A stretch of 60,134 nt of DNA, counting the filler, from Sphacelaria rigidula (lineage: Eukaryota): assembly GCA_964200075.2 (NCBI GenBank). It is 8 parts of 8 records of this genome, joined end to end, with 100 filler letters (N's around TTAATTAATTAA, not from the genome) between each part and the next. Parts side by side here need not be neighbours in the genome. Positions count along the whole stretch, not along the records: positions 30,119 to 37,547 come from CAXNAA020014963.1; positions 37,648 to 45,076 come from CAXNAA020014964.1; positions 45,177 to 52,605 come from CAXNAA020014965.1; 5 more parts are not named here. One strand, 5' to 3'. Numbering within the stretch: the stretch's first letter is position 1; each line of letters starts with the position of its first letter. The position numbers and the translations under genes were made by a program. Under the pieces are notes generated by a model. That model saw only the letters and a program-made list of their open reading frames with translations, had not been told where the DNA came from and did not search any database. Shown one piece after another: positions 36,416 to 46,984 of the stretch.

Positions 36416-37647
36416 GAAGTATCCTCTTTTCCTATTTATCATTGGCGTATTGTCTCTCCGCTGCATACTGAAATCAGTACGATGGAGTCCGGTTTTTCTA
36501 TACTTGATTCAAGTCAAAAGTGATCATTTCCGGAATAATAGTTTACAGTTCGTTAGGGTGATGGAGGCACTCCTCTCGATCACCCCGCACAAGCAGGCCA
36601 AAATATGGCCAGTGCCTGAGGGTCGGGTTGTTTGTGTACACGACGAACTTGAAAACGCCATATTCTGGAATCTACCAATACTACTTACTGCACCCGTACA
36701 CAGCACCCCACTATTTTTTAGCAAAGGCCACAGTCACGCAACCAGGCCGGGACACCAATCGGCCAACGGGGGATCCTACGGATGTGCGCTGCTAGAACAC
36801 AGTGTGATGTGCGCACACCGCACTGTGTTGAGCCCTATGCTCTCTTGTGGATCTGTTACGCTGTCTGCTGTATGTGTATACTGCATGTATTGTATACCTA
36901 CTCCCTCCGAAACAAGAAATGCGCCCATGTTTAACGGTTCACCACTCCATCTTGAGTAAGTTTTGCTGCGCGAACGGCTGACCCTAGCCCACCACCACAC
37001 GGATTGCTGTGAAACGAAGAGCACTGTGTGTAGACTAGCAAGAGCTAGCGCTAGGCGTGCAGCACTTATGCTTTGGATGTCTGTGCGTGTTTGCTCGGGT
37101 TGGGTTTTCAAGGTGTGACGTGGTTCAGTCATGTGTTTCAGTCACGCCCGTTGAGATTTTCAGATCTGTCTCCAACCGAATTTCCGTCAAACGAAGGCTG
37201 CCGTTTGTACATCATAACAAGGGCTACCGCTAATACGCATAGATGGACAAGGAAGTACAACGTAATGCACGCATCTGTGCATGTTTTTCGGGGGCTCGGT
37301 TTGTACGTGCTGTGTTGCCGCCTTGCGTTTCCTGTATCGCACACACACCTTTCAGTGAAAACTGATACTCATTCTTTGCAGTATGAAATCAAAATAATAG
37401 CGGGGCAACTTTCGACCGTTTCAGGCCATCATGTACAGTTTATGCCTCATATTCTTCACCACCGATAACTAAAAGCTACCGTTCTACAGTGGTCAGCGTC
37501 AGAAGTATGCAGAATCCGTAATTTCTTAGTTTCTCAAAGATTGTCCANNNNNNNNNNNNNNNNNNNNNNNNNNNNNNNNNNNNNNNNNNNNTTAATTAAT
37601 TAANNNNNNNNNNNNNNNNNNNNNNNNNNNNNNNNNNNNNNNNNNNN

Positions 37648-38152
37648 AATCACCAAGCGCGAAGCGCGGTGGTGTGTTCGGCGAGTCGCATGAAGGGTGA
37701 GCTGCATCCTGCTAAGATTGTTTGGCCGGAGGCGTACTGATTATCTTGCATTTGGATGACAGCCTCCAATGAGCTTCTTTCATTTTCTGGCATTGCCACT
37801 TCTAGAGACGACCACTTATGATACACTGCCTCATGGGTGTTTCACCATATAAACACTACGTTGCACGATAATCTCCTCTCGCAGAGTTTCGATTCTCCTG
37901 TCCCGTACAGTATGATCCAGCTCGACCACCGTCCTGGTCACCGCATAAACACCGCAAGCGCGCCAGAAACATCAGTAACCTGGTTGCCTACACGGGTGGC
38001 CACCGTGGTGCCTGCAACCTAAAATTTGGACGTTATAACGTTGCACAAGGTCTGTAACGTCCAAATGTGAGGTAACAGGCATCCCTGTGACCACCCGTGT
38101 AGCTTACGCATGGAGTGGCGTGTTTTACAGCGCCATCGCCAACCTACGCCAA
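37648..38152 (-). mobile_element. Family X1 copy with a nested Tc1/mariner MITE
   Basis: Homologous to 15255-15529, 42780-43258 and 45712-45997. Confidence 0.8.
37991..38099. mobile_element. Tc1/mariner (Stowaway-like) hairpin MITE, 109 bp; second copy at 51792-51901
   Basis: TA|CACGGGTGG...CCACCCGTG|TA; removal restores GGTTGCCTAGCTT, seen intact at 15471-15483. Confidence 0.9.
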
Positions 38153-38904
38153 CCCCATAAGGGGGTCACCCCTACAAAGCCGGGACGGAGCACGTCGGGC
38201 TTTCGCCGGACCAGGCTAGGGGGGGAATTGGGTGTGGGGCACCCAAGCTGTTATCCCCCAGCTTATATCCGAGGCGTTGGCGGATGTGATCGACTACTGC
38301 GTACACAGATGCTCGGCATGGAGGCCGCCGAGATGGCGGACACACCGCCCCTCCCAAGCTTATCTTTAGTAGCTCCCGCTACTAGCAGCGAAGGCCCCGA
38401 TGTATCTTCTGGAGCAGCTGCTACTTTGGCTGCAGGCTGTCACTACCGTGCGCTCGTCTGCATGCATGTTTGTGAGCGTGGCCGGCATCCGAGGCCATCG
38501 GGACAGAGCGGGCAAGGAGCAGAAGCAAATAAACGAATGTGGCAGAGCCCACCAGACTCGTCAGTTTTTGTCATTGTTTCCTGGTTTATTTCTTCAACAA
38601 TATTTGACAAAAAAATCGCGAAAATCATCAACGTTTTCCAACAATTGTCCTTCGAGGCGGCGACGGGGGGATGCGGCTGCATGTCCGGAAACCCACGGTT
38701 CTGGGGGCAAAACACCGTATATCTAATATCCCAAATGTATGAAATACGCCCCAACATAAAATTCCAACAGTAAGAACGGTATCTAAAATATTGAATTTAG
38801 AACGGGACCCTGTGCGCGCCATGTCGGCCGTGAACTCGAACTTTGCGTACTCACGACATAGTGGGTATGTACCGTTGAATATGGGAGGGAAATATGGAGA
38901 TTGC

Positions 38905-38975
38905 CTGGTTTCACCGGAATCCGAACCCGCGTCCCAGACGTTAGACGTTTCGACGGGGGAAGGTGAGCCACCGTG
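38905..38975 (-). mobile_element. tRNA-like SINE head fragment
   Basis: Minus strand GGTGGCTCACC...GCGGGTTCGGATTCC; no acceptor stem. Confidence 0.45.
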
Positions 38976-39476
38976 AAGACCGGTTAGTATAGACTTGTGT
39001 CCCAAGATATCTCCGTACGTGATGAGGTTACTCGTCATGGCGTTGAGTCGGTGGGGAAGCATTTTTCATTATTCTGGCTTTTGAGTTGCCGGATACATAC
39101 TGTTTGATTACCAAGTTGCCTGTGCACGGGGGGCAACCGGCAATGGTTTGTCATGATGCTGGAATATCAAGTAATATCTGTGCCATGCGTCTTGTGCCCG
39201 TATATGTCGACCCAGTAATCGAAGCATGGGAAAATGCGCTGTCGCTTCTGGGTCATGCCGGAATCCCCTTATCCCTTACTCCGCGTGTCCAGCGCCGCGA
39301 TATGAAACACGCGCCAACAAAAACAGGAAGAAGTGGGAAGATTTTCGAGATGTGTGTTGAAAATATCTCCATGCAGGTGGGAAACTAGACTACCAGTGCC
39401 TCCCCGCAAAGATGATTGGTGATTTCACAATCGCCTAATAGCTTTCGTCCGTTCAAGATGGCCGCTTCTAAATTAG

Positions 39477-39985
39477 CAGAAGGTCCACACGTTACACGTT
39501 CACGTTCACGTTCATAGTACATTCATCACGTTTGTATAATGTACCGTTCACGTTTCGTTTCGTATGGCACGTTCAAAAACAAACGTTGCGTTAACGTTTC
39601 GCTTGAAAATTCAACGTTACGTTTAGATTACGTTCATCGTGTAATAGTAATTTAACGCTACGTTTCGTTACATGTATCGTAATATGGAACGGTTCATGGG
39701 ACGTGTGATGTCTAAAGCACTTATAACGTTAAGTTACGTAACACGTTCCACGAAACGTTTGATATTATGTATTTTGAACGTTTGGGTAATTTAACGTTCA
39801 CGTTATGTTTTGCTTGGCACGTTTCAAACAATTACGTTACGTGAACGTTTCATTCGAAAGTTTAACGTTACTTTCACGTTGTGTTCATCACGTGAAAAAA
39901 CATAAACGTTTACATTACGTTTCGGCCAAAACCTAACGTGAATGCAACGTGTAACTTTGTGGCACGTGTAACGTGTAGACTCCTG
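39477..39985. mobile_element. hAT MITE (509 bp) composed largely of ACGT/AACGTT motifs
   Basis: CAG...CTG TIRs; perfect 8-bp TSD TAAATTAG at 39469-39476 and 39986-39993. Confidence 0.92.
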
Positions 39986-40019
39986 TAAATTAGCGAGAAA
40001 TTAGCGGTCGTGCATTGTA

Positions 40020-40478
40020 CGGTATATAAGACGGGACCTTACGAACTGGGGATGGATCTTTTATTGGGGATGAGAAACCCGGAGAATTCAAATCTTCGTA
40101 TCCACACCAAATCTTCGAAATAGATTCCATTTGTCCACCTACTGATAGCTCTTGACAATTACTACACGTCATACAAGTTTGGATTTCGATCACTGAAATG
40201 TTGGGGTTCTAGGTGAAAAACCAATTTTGGCGATTTTTGGGTGTCCAAACGGACGCCAAAATGGTTCCGAAATTGGTTTTTCACCTGTGGCCGCAACATT
40301 TCGGTGATCGAAATCCAAATTTCAATGGCGTGTAGCAGTTGTCAATAGCTATCAATAGGTGAACAAATGGAACCATATTTCGAAGATTTGGTGTGGATGC
40401 AAAGATTTGAATTCTCCGGGTTTCTCATCCCCAATGAAAGATCCATCCCCAATTTGTAAGATCCCGTGGTATATACTG
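40020..40478. mobile_element. Foldback MITE (459 bp, almost wholly palindromic), TA-flanked
   Basis: TA|CGGTATATA...TATATACTG|TA; arms of about 220 bp; related arm fragment at about 58150-58285. Confidence 0.88.
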
Positions 40479-40504
40479 TACTACGTGTATGTACGAAACA
40501 GCAC

Positions 40505-40885
40505 GCACAGTACACTTGATGCTTGTTTTTTTCTGTGTATATTGTCATCTCATCCATTCTGGACGCCAGTCTACACCTTCCTTCGGTATATGTGGGCGAT
40601 CCGGCCGAGGTCACACAGGAGGAAGCGCGACAGAGGAAGGTTTCTTCTTCATTTGTTGTAGTCTTTCACCTTCCTCCTGCGGTACTTGCCTTATTTTCTA
40701 CCACGAGAGGGCTTCGGCGGTCTGCTTCCCTCGTCGACCATATACTCGATTTTTTGTGTGCCGCTCTTCACTGTTGAGCATGTTTGAGAAAACGTCCCAG
40801 ATCGTATGACTGCACCGAAATTCGAACCCACTACCCAACCGTCAGAAGGTTTCGACGTTACCAACGGAGGCACCGGAGCGACCGG
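40505..40885 (-). mobile_element. tRNA-derived SINE, near full length
   Basis: B box GGTTCGAATTTC on the minus strand; body shared with the three other copies. Confidence 0.8.
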
Positions 40886-41176
40886 TACTTTGAGTCCCCG
40901 GTAACTCAGAACTATATACTCTATCGTATACGGGGGGGAAGAGAATTGGTCCCGTCAGATCCTGGGCTCGTCCCAAGGAAGAGGAGAGCTTCAAAAAGAG
41001 TCAAAAAGGGAACAAGTAAGTGCAGAACCGAGTCGCACGGATGCAAGGTCAGTGATATGTGGCAAATTTCTCAGACCGAGGTTAAGCGGAGAAACGTGAT
41101 GAAACACCTGTTGTGTTCCGTCTCCTCTTTGCGCACCTCTCTCTCGCCTCCTCCCCCCCCCCTCCCCCCCCCCCCA

Positions 41177-41575
41177 GAGGTTTACCAGTCGTCGAAAGGA
41201 GGAGGAAGTAGATGAACAGAACCTTTCCTGTGGCGAAGGAATAGAGAGCAGAAGTCATAAAGTGACAGAATGTGAACTATACAAGGAGGCACGGGACGTG
41301 CTATAGGGGAAAATGCGGGACGTGAACGAAGGTGGCATAAAATCGTTTGATGCATTAGACAGTAGGGAGAAAACGATGGCTATACTAGGAGATGGCTAGA
41401 GACGACGAATAGGACGGGGATAAGATATGTAAACGATTTCGTGTAATGCATGGAAGAAGCGTGATGGGCGCCGGAATGTTGGAGGTGGCTCTATCAGGAG
41501 CAGAAACGGGGCTCCGTCTCGAAAGCGATGCGTGGTCAATGGCCGAACGTCTAGGGCGAGCAATAAATGAGTACG
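41177..41575 (+). mobile_element. LINE ORF2 3' fragment flanked by C runs on both sides
   Basis: RFTSRRKEEEVDEQNLSCGEGIESRSHKVTECELYKEARDVL*GKMRDVNEGGIKSFDALDSREKTMAILGD (decayed C-terminal CCHC); stop TGA at 41568-41570, GTACG, then C run. Confidence 0.82.
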
Positions 41576-41599
41576 CCCCCCCGCCCCCGCCCCCGGACT

Positions 41600-41810
41600 T
41601 GGCGTCGGTTGGCAATGACGCTGTAAAACACGCCACTCACTCTATGAGCTGTATTTTTTGCGCGCTTGTTTCTTTTTCGTTGTAAGCATGACGGTGGTCG
41701 AGCTGTATCATGCTGTTCCAAGTGGGAGAACTCAGTTCCTCGCAAAGTGGATGATCATACAACGTTATGCTTAAATAGCTAGACACCCATGAGGCCGTGT
41801 GATGAGATAA
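41600..41810 (+). mobile_element. 5' part of family X1, directly after the LINE C run
   Basis: Starts TGGCGTCGGTTGGCAATGACGCTGTAAAACACGCCACTC. Confidence 0.75.
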
Positions 41811-42589
41811 TTACAAGGAGTATAAATTTGCTCCGTCATTCTCCAAGTTCAGACATATATATGACCGACGGGTGGAGAAGAATATTCGGAGCGAATACAA
41901 ACGTGCATATCCGAGATGTGCTGATTTCTGACTAGGGAATTCGTTGCGTTTATCAGGTGACGTTTCATCGAGACTGCTCCTGGATGAATAGCTCGAACGT
42001 CAGCGGTAAACGGTGACGTTGATGTGGTCGTTGGCGTGGATGACAGCTGACGATCGGAGCGGATGACGTTTGAGTTTTGGAACATCAGTATGTAAGGAAC
42101 TGTCGGTTGGGGATCGAAAACAAGGTGACCCCTTGGACTCTGTTGTGCTCCCCTGTCAGCAAGCAACACCGTAGAGTTGACACTAATGAAGCTATTTCAT
42201 CGGGGTTGGGGATCAACTCCGGTGACAGCCTTGAGATGCTGCAGTCTCATTAAACCAGACATGCCAGTAGGTCACGTGTTTTGGTTTGGGCGAGTGTACA
42301 ATAAATTCATGTTCACCCTTCACGTTTGATTAGTTGAGCTATGAAATGAGCAAGCCGCTGTTTGAAGTCAAGCGCGTGCATGGGTAAACAAGGCCAAGTT
42401 TGATGATTCCTAGGGACAACGCCTGGGAAATCAGCCTACTTGGTTGGGGATTTAGAGATGTCACATTACAGCAGTGTGTAAGCTGTGGCTGTCTCTGGAA
42501 GTGGCGACACCACAAAATCGTTGGTAGCTGACATCCAAATGCAAGATGCAGAGATGATCAGTACGCTTCGGGCCGAACAATCTTTCAGC

Positions 42590-43258
42590 AGGGTGCAGCT
42601 CACCCTTCCTGCGACTCGCCGAACATATCGCTTCGCGCTAGGAGATTTGATTGCGAGCCTGGTCCGGCGAAACCCCCGGCGTGCTCCGTCCTGGCTTTGC
42701 AGGGACGAGACGTTAACGGTCATATGACTACGGCATGCAAGCTCATTATCACACCCCCACTCCCCTTTAAGGGTAAGCGTTGGGTGGTAACGACGCTGAA
42801 AATATGCCACTCGCTGTGTGAGCTAGGCAACCAGGGTATCACCTCTATTCTCGCTTGCGTTCTTGTAACGCAGACCGTGATGGTGAGTAATATCAAGCTG
42901 TGGGGGGCGGAGAGCCTAAATTCGGCGTGATGGGAATGTTCGTCCTGCGTAGTGTTATTATGGTAAGACTCTCATGTCGCAGTGAAACCCGTGGCTGTCT
43001 CTGGGAGGGGCGATATCAGAAAACGAAGCACCTCATTGAAGGCTGTCATCCATACGCAAGGCCATTAGTATTCTTCGGGCCTAAACTCTTAGCACGATGC
43101 ACTTCACTCGTCACGCGGCTCGCCAAAGGCATCACGGCGCTTCGCGCTGCGTGATAACGAGCCTGGTGGTCCGCCGAAATCGTGGCATACTCCGTCCCGA
43201 CTTGGTAGCAACGCGAGGCCAATGAGCTTTCGACTGCGATATACATCATGGGTATCCC
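42590..43258 (+). mobile_element. Two family X1 copies head to tail (3' part 42590-42760; diverged full copy about 42780-43258)
   Basis: 3' end ...CATTATCACACCCCC followed by a 5' end GCGTTGGGTGGTAACGACGCTGAAAATATGCCACTC. Confidence 0.7.
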
Positions 43259-44372
43259 TCGTCCAAGTGCCCTTGAGGCGCCCCTTCTCAGCATGATAGT
43301 GCTATGCAGCAGCGGCGGTTTCTCAAAAAGGATGTTGTCAAACTATAGTATACGGTGCTTGTAGAACAGATGTGGAACATTCCACGGAACGTTTTGAGAC
43401 AAGTTCTCTCTGTTATCACCTCCTCTGTCCTCACGGGACTCACTTGTGAGTCAGATCAGTTCACTCGCCCATTCATATACCGCAACTGCGCTGATAGGAG
43501 TGGCTGATACGTGAATATTTTCAACTGTTTTCTTCCCGCGGAAAAGTTGCTGCTACTCGCGCATTCACGGAAGAAAATAAGGTGCTGAAGGGTTACAACC
43601 AGGGGGCATCATACGCACTTCCATATGCAGGTTCCATTTTCCTTGAAAGTGGGCGCGGGCCAGATACAAATGTGTATCCCCCCAATCCCCAGCGCGCGCC
43701 AACTAACCATGATTGTTCCCTGTAATATATGTCCCTCAGTGTACACGTGTTCACGGAAACGCAAGAACCGGATTGCCTTTGATAGCGATGATTGCCGCAA
43801 ACAGGCTGCGTATGGTACGGTGGCGACATGCTTACAGATTAAACGACCTGAAGTCGATGTAGCTCTTCTCGCTAAACGTTTTCACGCAAAATGGGGTTAG
43901 ATTGGAGTGGGGTAACACGTACCGCAGGGTTTCTAGTGTAGCGTGCCCCCCTGCCGTGCCCTGTCGTAAAAAAAAAACGGTTTTATTCGTCGGGGTTACA
44001 TCTTCGAACTACACTATAATTTTTTTATGAGTAAATCACATTGATATGCCCGTGAGCGGGGCGCTTGTTCCACATCAGGGGTTCTGTCATCAACATGTAG
44101 TACAATGACCACCACACACAATTAAACAGCGACAACCTCTTGGTGCAAGTGCGAACTCCACGAATTGAGATCACGAGAGCTTGAGATTGTGGACTCGGCA
44201 TATGGAGATGCGGCGAACTTTTGAGGCGCATCGCGACTGCGCATGGGCAAACAACACGTGAAATAACGCGAGACAGCAGAAACCGCCCCCTACGCCCGTT
44301 GCGCTGGCTTTCCGCGTCACAACAAAAGTGTAATTTGTTTCACATCTTGCCCTCAACGCATCCGCAGGCTAG

Positions 44373-45003
44373 GTGAAGGAAGACGGCCGTGAAGACTCAA
44401 TCATGCCGCGCGTCCCTGATGAACGGGACTTTTTTACGATGGCGACTGACGATTCGATGAAGCAATTCCGGGAAGCAACAGCCAAGCAGTGGGACGAAAT
44501 CGACAAAGGATGGGAAACTCTCGAACACCGCATGATCGACGCTGGTGTAAGGCCAGTACAACCAGACAGAGGCGACGATACAACTGCCCGGCTGAACGTT
44601 GGAGGTCTGCATATCGATGTCCCGTATTTCATATCGTCGCAACAGGGAATCGTACATTCGTCGGGCTTAATCCTGTCCGCTCTTCTCTTCGGCATTTGGG
44701 ACGAGCGGTTGCCGCGCGATGGCCGTGGGCGCCTGTTTGTGGACGAGTCGCCCGAGCTCATCAAGAATTTTCTCGAGGTAGCAGCGCAGAGCTACAGAAG
44801 CTTGGCGAAGTCAGTGACATCCTCACCATTGCCGGAGCACGTCGCACCATTTTGTGGATCCGGGCCTTCTATGTCAAACCCCTCCGGAATGGATGCGGCC
44901 GAGGTGAGCCATTCACCGATACACAAGGCATCTGCTCTCCACTTTCACCGTCTTATAGCCGAACTATCAAAGTATTTATGCCTCATTCTCTTCAATCACT
45001 CAT
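44373..45003 (+). CDS. KCTD-type BTB/POZ-domain protein exon, truncated by a C run, an X1 insertion and the contig end
   Basis: LNVGG...WDERLPRDGRGRLFVDESP motif; acceptor-like CGCAG/CTAG at 44363-44372; ATG at 44403. Confidence 0.72.
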
Positions 45004-45470
45004 GCCCCCCCCCCCCCCCCCCCAATGGTCAATGGTCTTACGACTATGGTATGCATGATCATGAGTACACGCCCCCNNNNNNNNNNNNNNNNNNNNNNNN
45101 NNNNNNNNNNNNNNNNNNNNTTAATTAATTAANNNNNNNNNNNNNNNNNNNNNNNNNNNNNNNNNNNNNNNNNNNNCACACCCCCCTTCCAATCTGGGTG
45201 TGGGGTCAAAGGTCACCCCCCAAAGGAAAAAAAAAAATGGGTACCCCCCCCCCCCCCCCCCTCCCTTCCATTTCTGAAGTACAGTGGAGGGCCCACCATA
45301 ACGGGGTCAAACCGCAAGTCACCTGTCACGCGTCCAATCCGCCATGCTAATATCGAGCAATATCTAGTACACCGATACTGTGCAAATGCAAATGCCGGGC
45401 TGACACCCCACCGCCCTCGCCCCTTCTACGCCCTCGACTTCTGCATTCGCATTTTTTTGGCCAACTCCAG

Positions 45471-45681
45471 GGCCGATGTGGACGTGCAGCTGTACCCGGA
45501 CTACTTGTCCTTGTGCCCCACGCCGATGAGCCTGGACATGGTGGAACGGCGACTAGGCGGGGCGGAGGACAGGAACAGGGAATACCTCAATCATGGGGAG
45601 TTCGTCCGCGACATGAGGCTCATCTTCGCAAACGGAATGGTGTACAACGATCCCATTCGGTGCACCAACGAGCACGACAAG
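45471..45681 (+). CDS. Bromodomain protein, internal exon
   Basis: CCAG acceptor and AAG|GTGTGA donor; YPDYLSLCPTPMSLDMVERRL...EFVRDMRLIFANGMVYN with the conserved Tyr-Asn. Confidence 0.88.
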
Positions 45682-45711
45682 GTGTGACTTTGGTGTGAGC
45701 TATGGAGGGGG

Positions 45712-45997
45712 GGGGTGTACTGATGATCTTGCATACCGTCGTCGTGTATGACCATCGATCTCGCATTCCTACAAAGCCGGGACGAAGCACGCCGGGCTTT
45801 CGCCGGGCCAGGCTCGCAGTTAATCACAATGCGCGAAGCGCCGTGAAGTGTTTGGCGAGTCGCATGAAGTGTGAGCTGCGTCCTTGAGCCTACTGACTAT
45901 CCTGCATTTGGACGACAGCCTTTAACGAGTTGCTTTATTTTCTGGTTTCGCCACTTCCAGAGAAAGGCGGCCACGGGTTCCACACTGCCTCATGGAT
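45712..45997 (-). mobile_element. 5'-truncated family X1 copy in the bromodomain intron
   Basis: G run then GTGTACTGATGATC on the plus strand; another G run at the opposite flank (46008-46031). Confidence 0.75.
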
Positions 45998-46984
45998 GCC
46001 TTGCGTACGGGGCGGGGGGGCGAAGGGGGGGCAGGGTCGTGTTTGTTTTTTCTATCTTGGGGTTGGTGGCTCATTCGTGTTTGCGTGACTGCACTGTTCA
46101 GGAAACGGGTGTTACAGTGTCCTGCATTCTAGCTTGCCTCTTCTTTTACTTTCCCCGTTCCCCCCTTCTACTGGTTCATGCCGTCGCCTTCACTACGCTG
46201 TTTATTCTCATTTTTTCATCCAATTTTTTTGGATTGGTGCAGCAGCACCCGTCAATCAGTGACCACTTTTCCATGCGTAAGTGTCATATTTTTTTCTTAC
46301 CACAAGTGTGTGCTCGGTCACGTCGAGCTTGATACAAGTCCCCGTATTTCTGTTGGAGTGGCTCATGACACTCGTGCTCGTAGACACCCAAAGCGAATAT
46401 CGTTTTGTTTTTTCTATTACACACAATCAAGCATACAGTTGACTGCACAAGCATGAACGAACCCCGGATACTTGGACACTGTGTCGCCAATTTGAATGTA
46501 TGATGAAGCAAAGCCACGCGCGTGCGACAGAGGAGGTGCTGTAATCCGTACATCGATTGTACCCACCTCGATTGTGACTGAACGTAATGCTGTATTCGAT
46601 GCATGTCAAAAATAATGTTGTTTAGTGGGCAGTGAATGAGTCGTGATATTTCGTCGCATCGTAACCGTGGCGGATGAAGCACACGAATACTTACAAGCAT
46701 GGTTACACCAAATAAAAAAAAAATCGTCTCCTTGCGGCAGAGCATGAGAGGGGAGAAATCGGCTCGCACAGCGTACCTTCAGCCGTCCTTCCACAACCGA
46801 CTGTATCTTCCTTTGCATCGTTGCTACAATTTGGCCGAGGTTATGATACATATACCCACGCGTTTTGCCTCTCTGCCTCTATGTCCCTCCCTTGTCTCTT
46901 CGTTGATACCTCTTGTTCTGTCTTGAACGCATTGTCGCCACATCATGGTGAATCGGTCAACGGCGTACAATCGACTTCGAGCAG

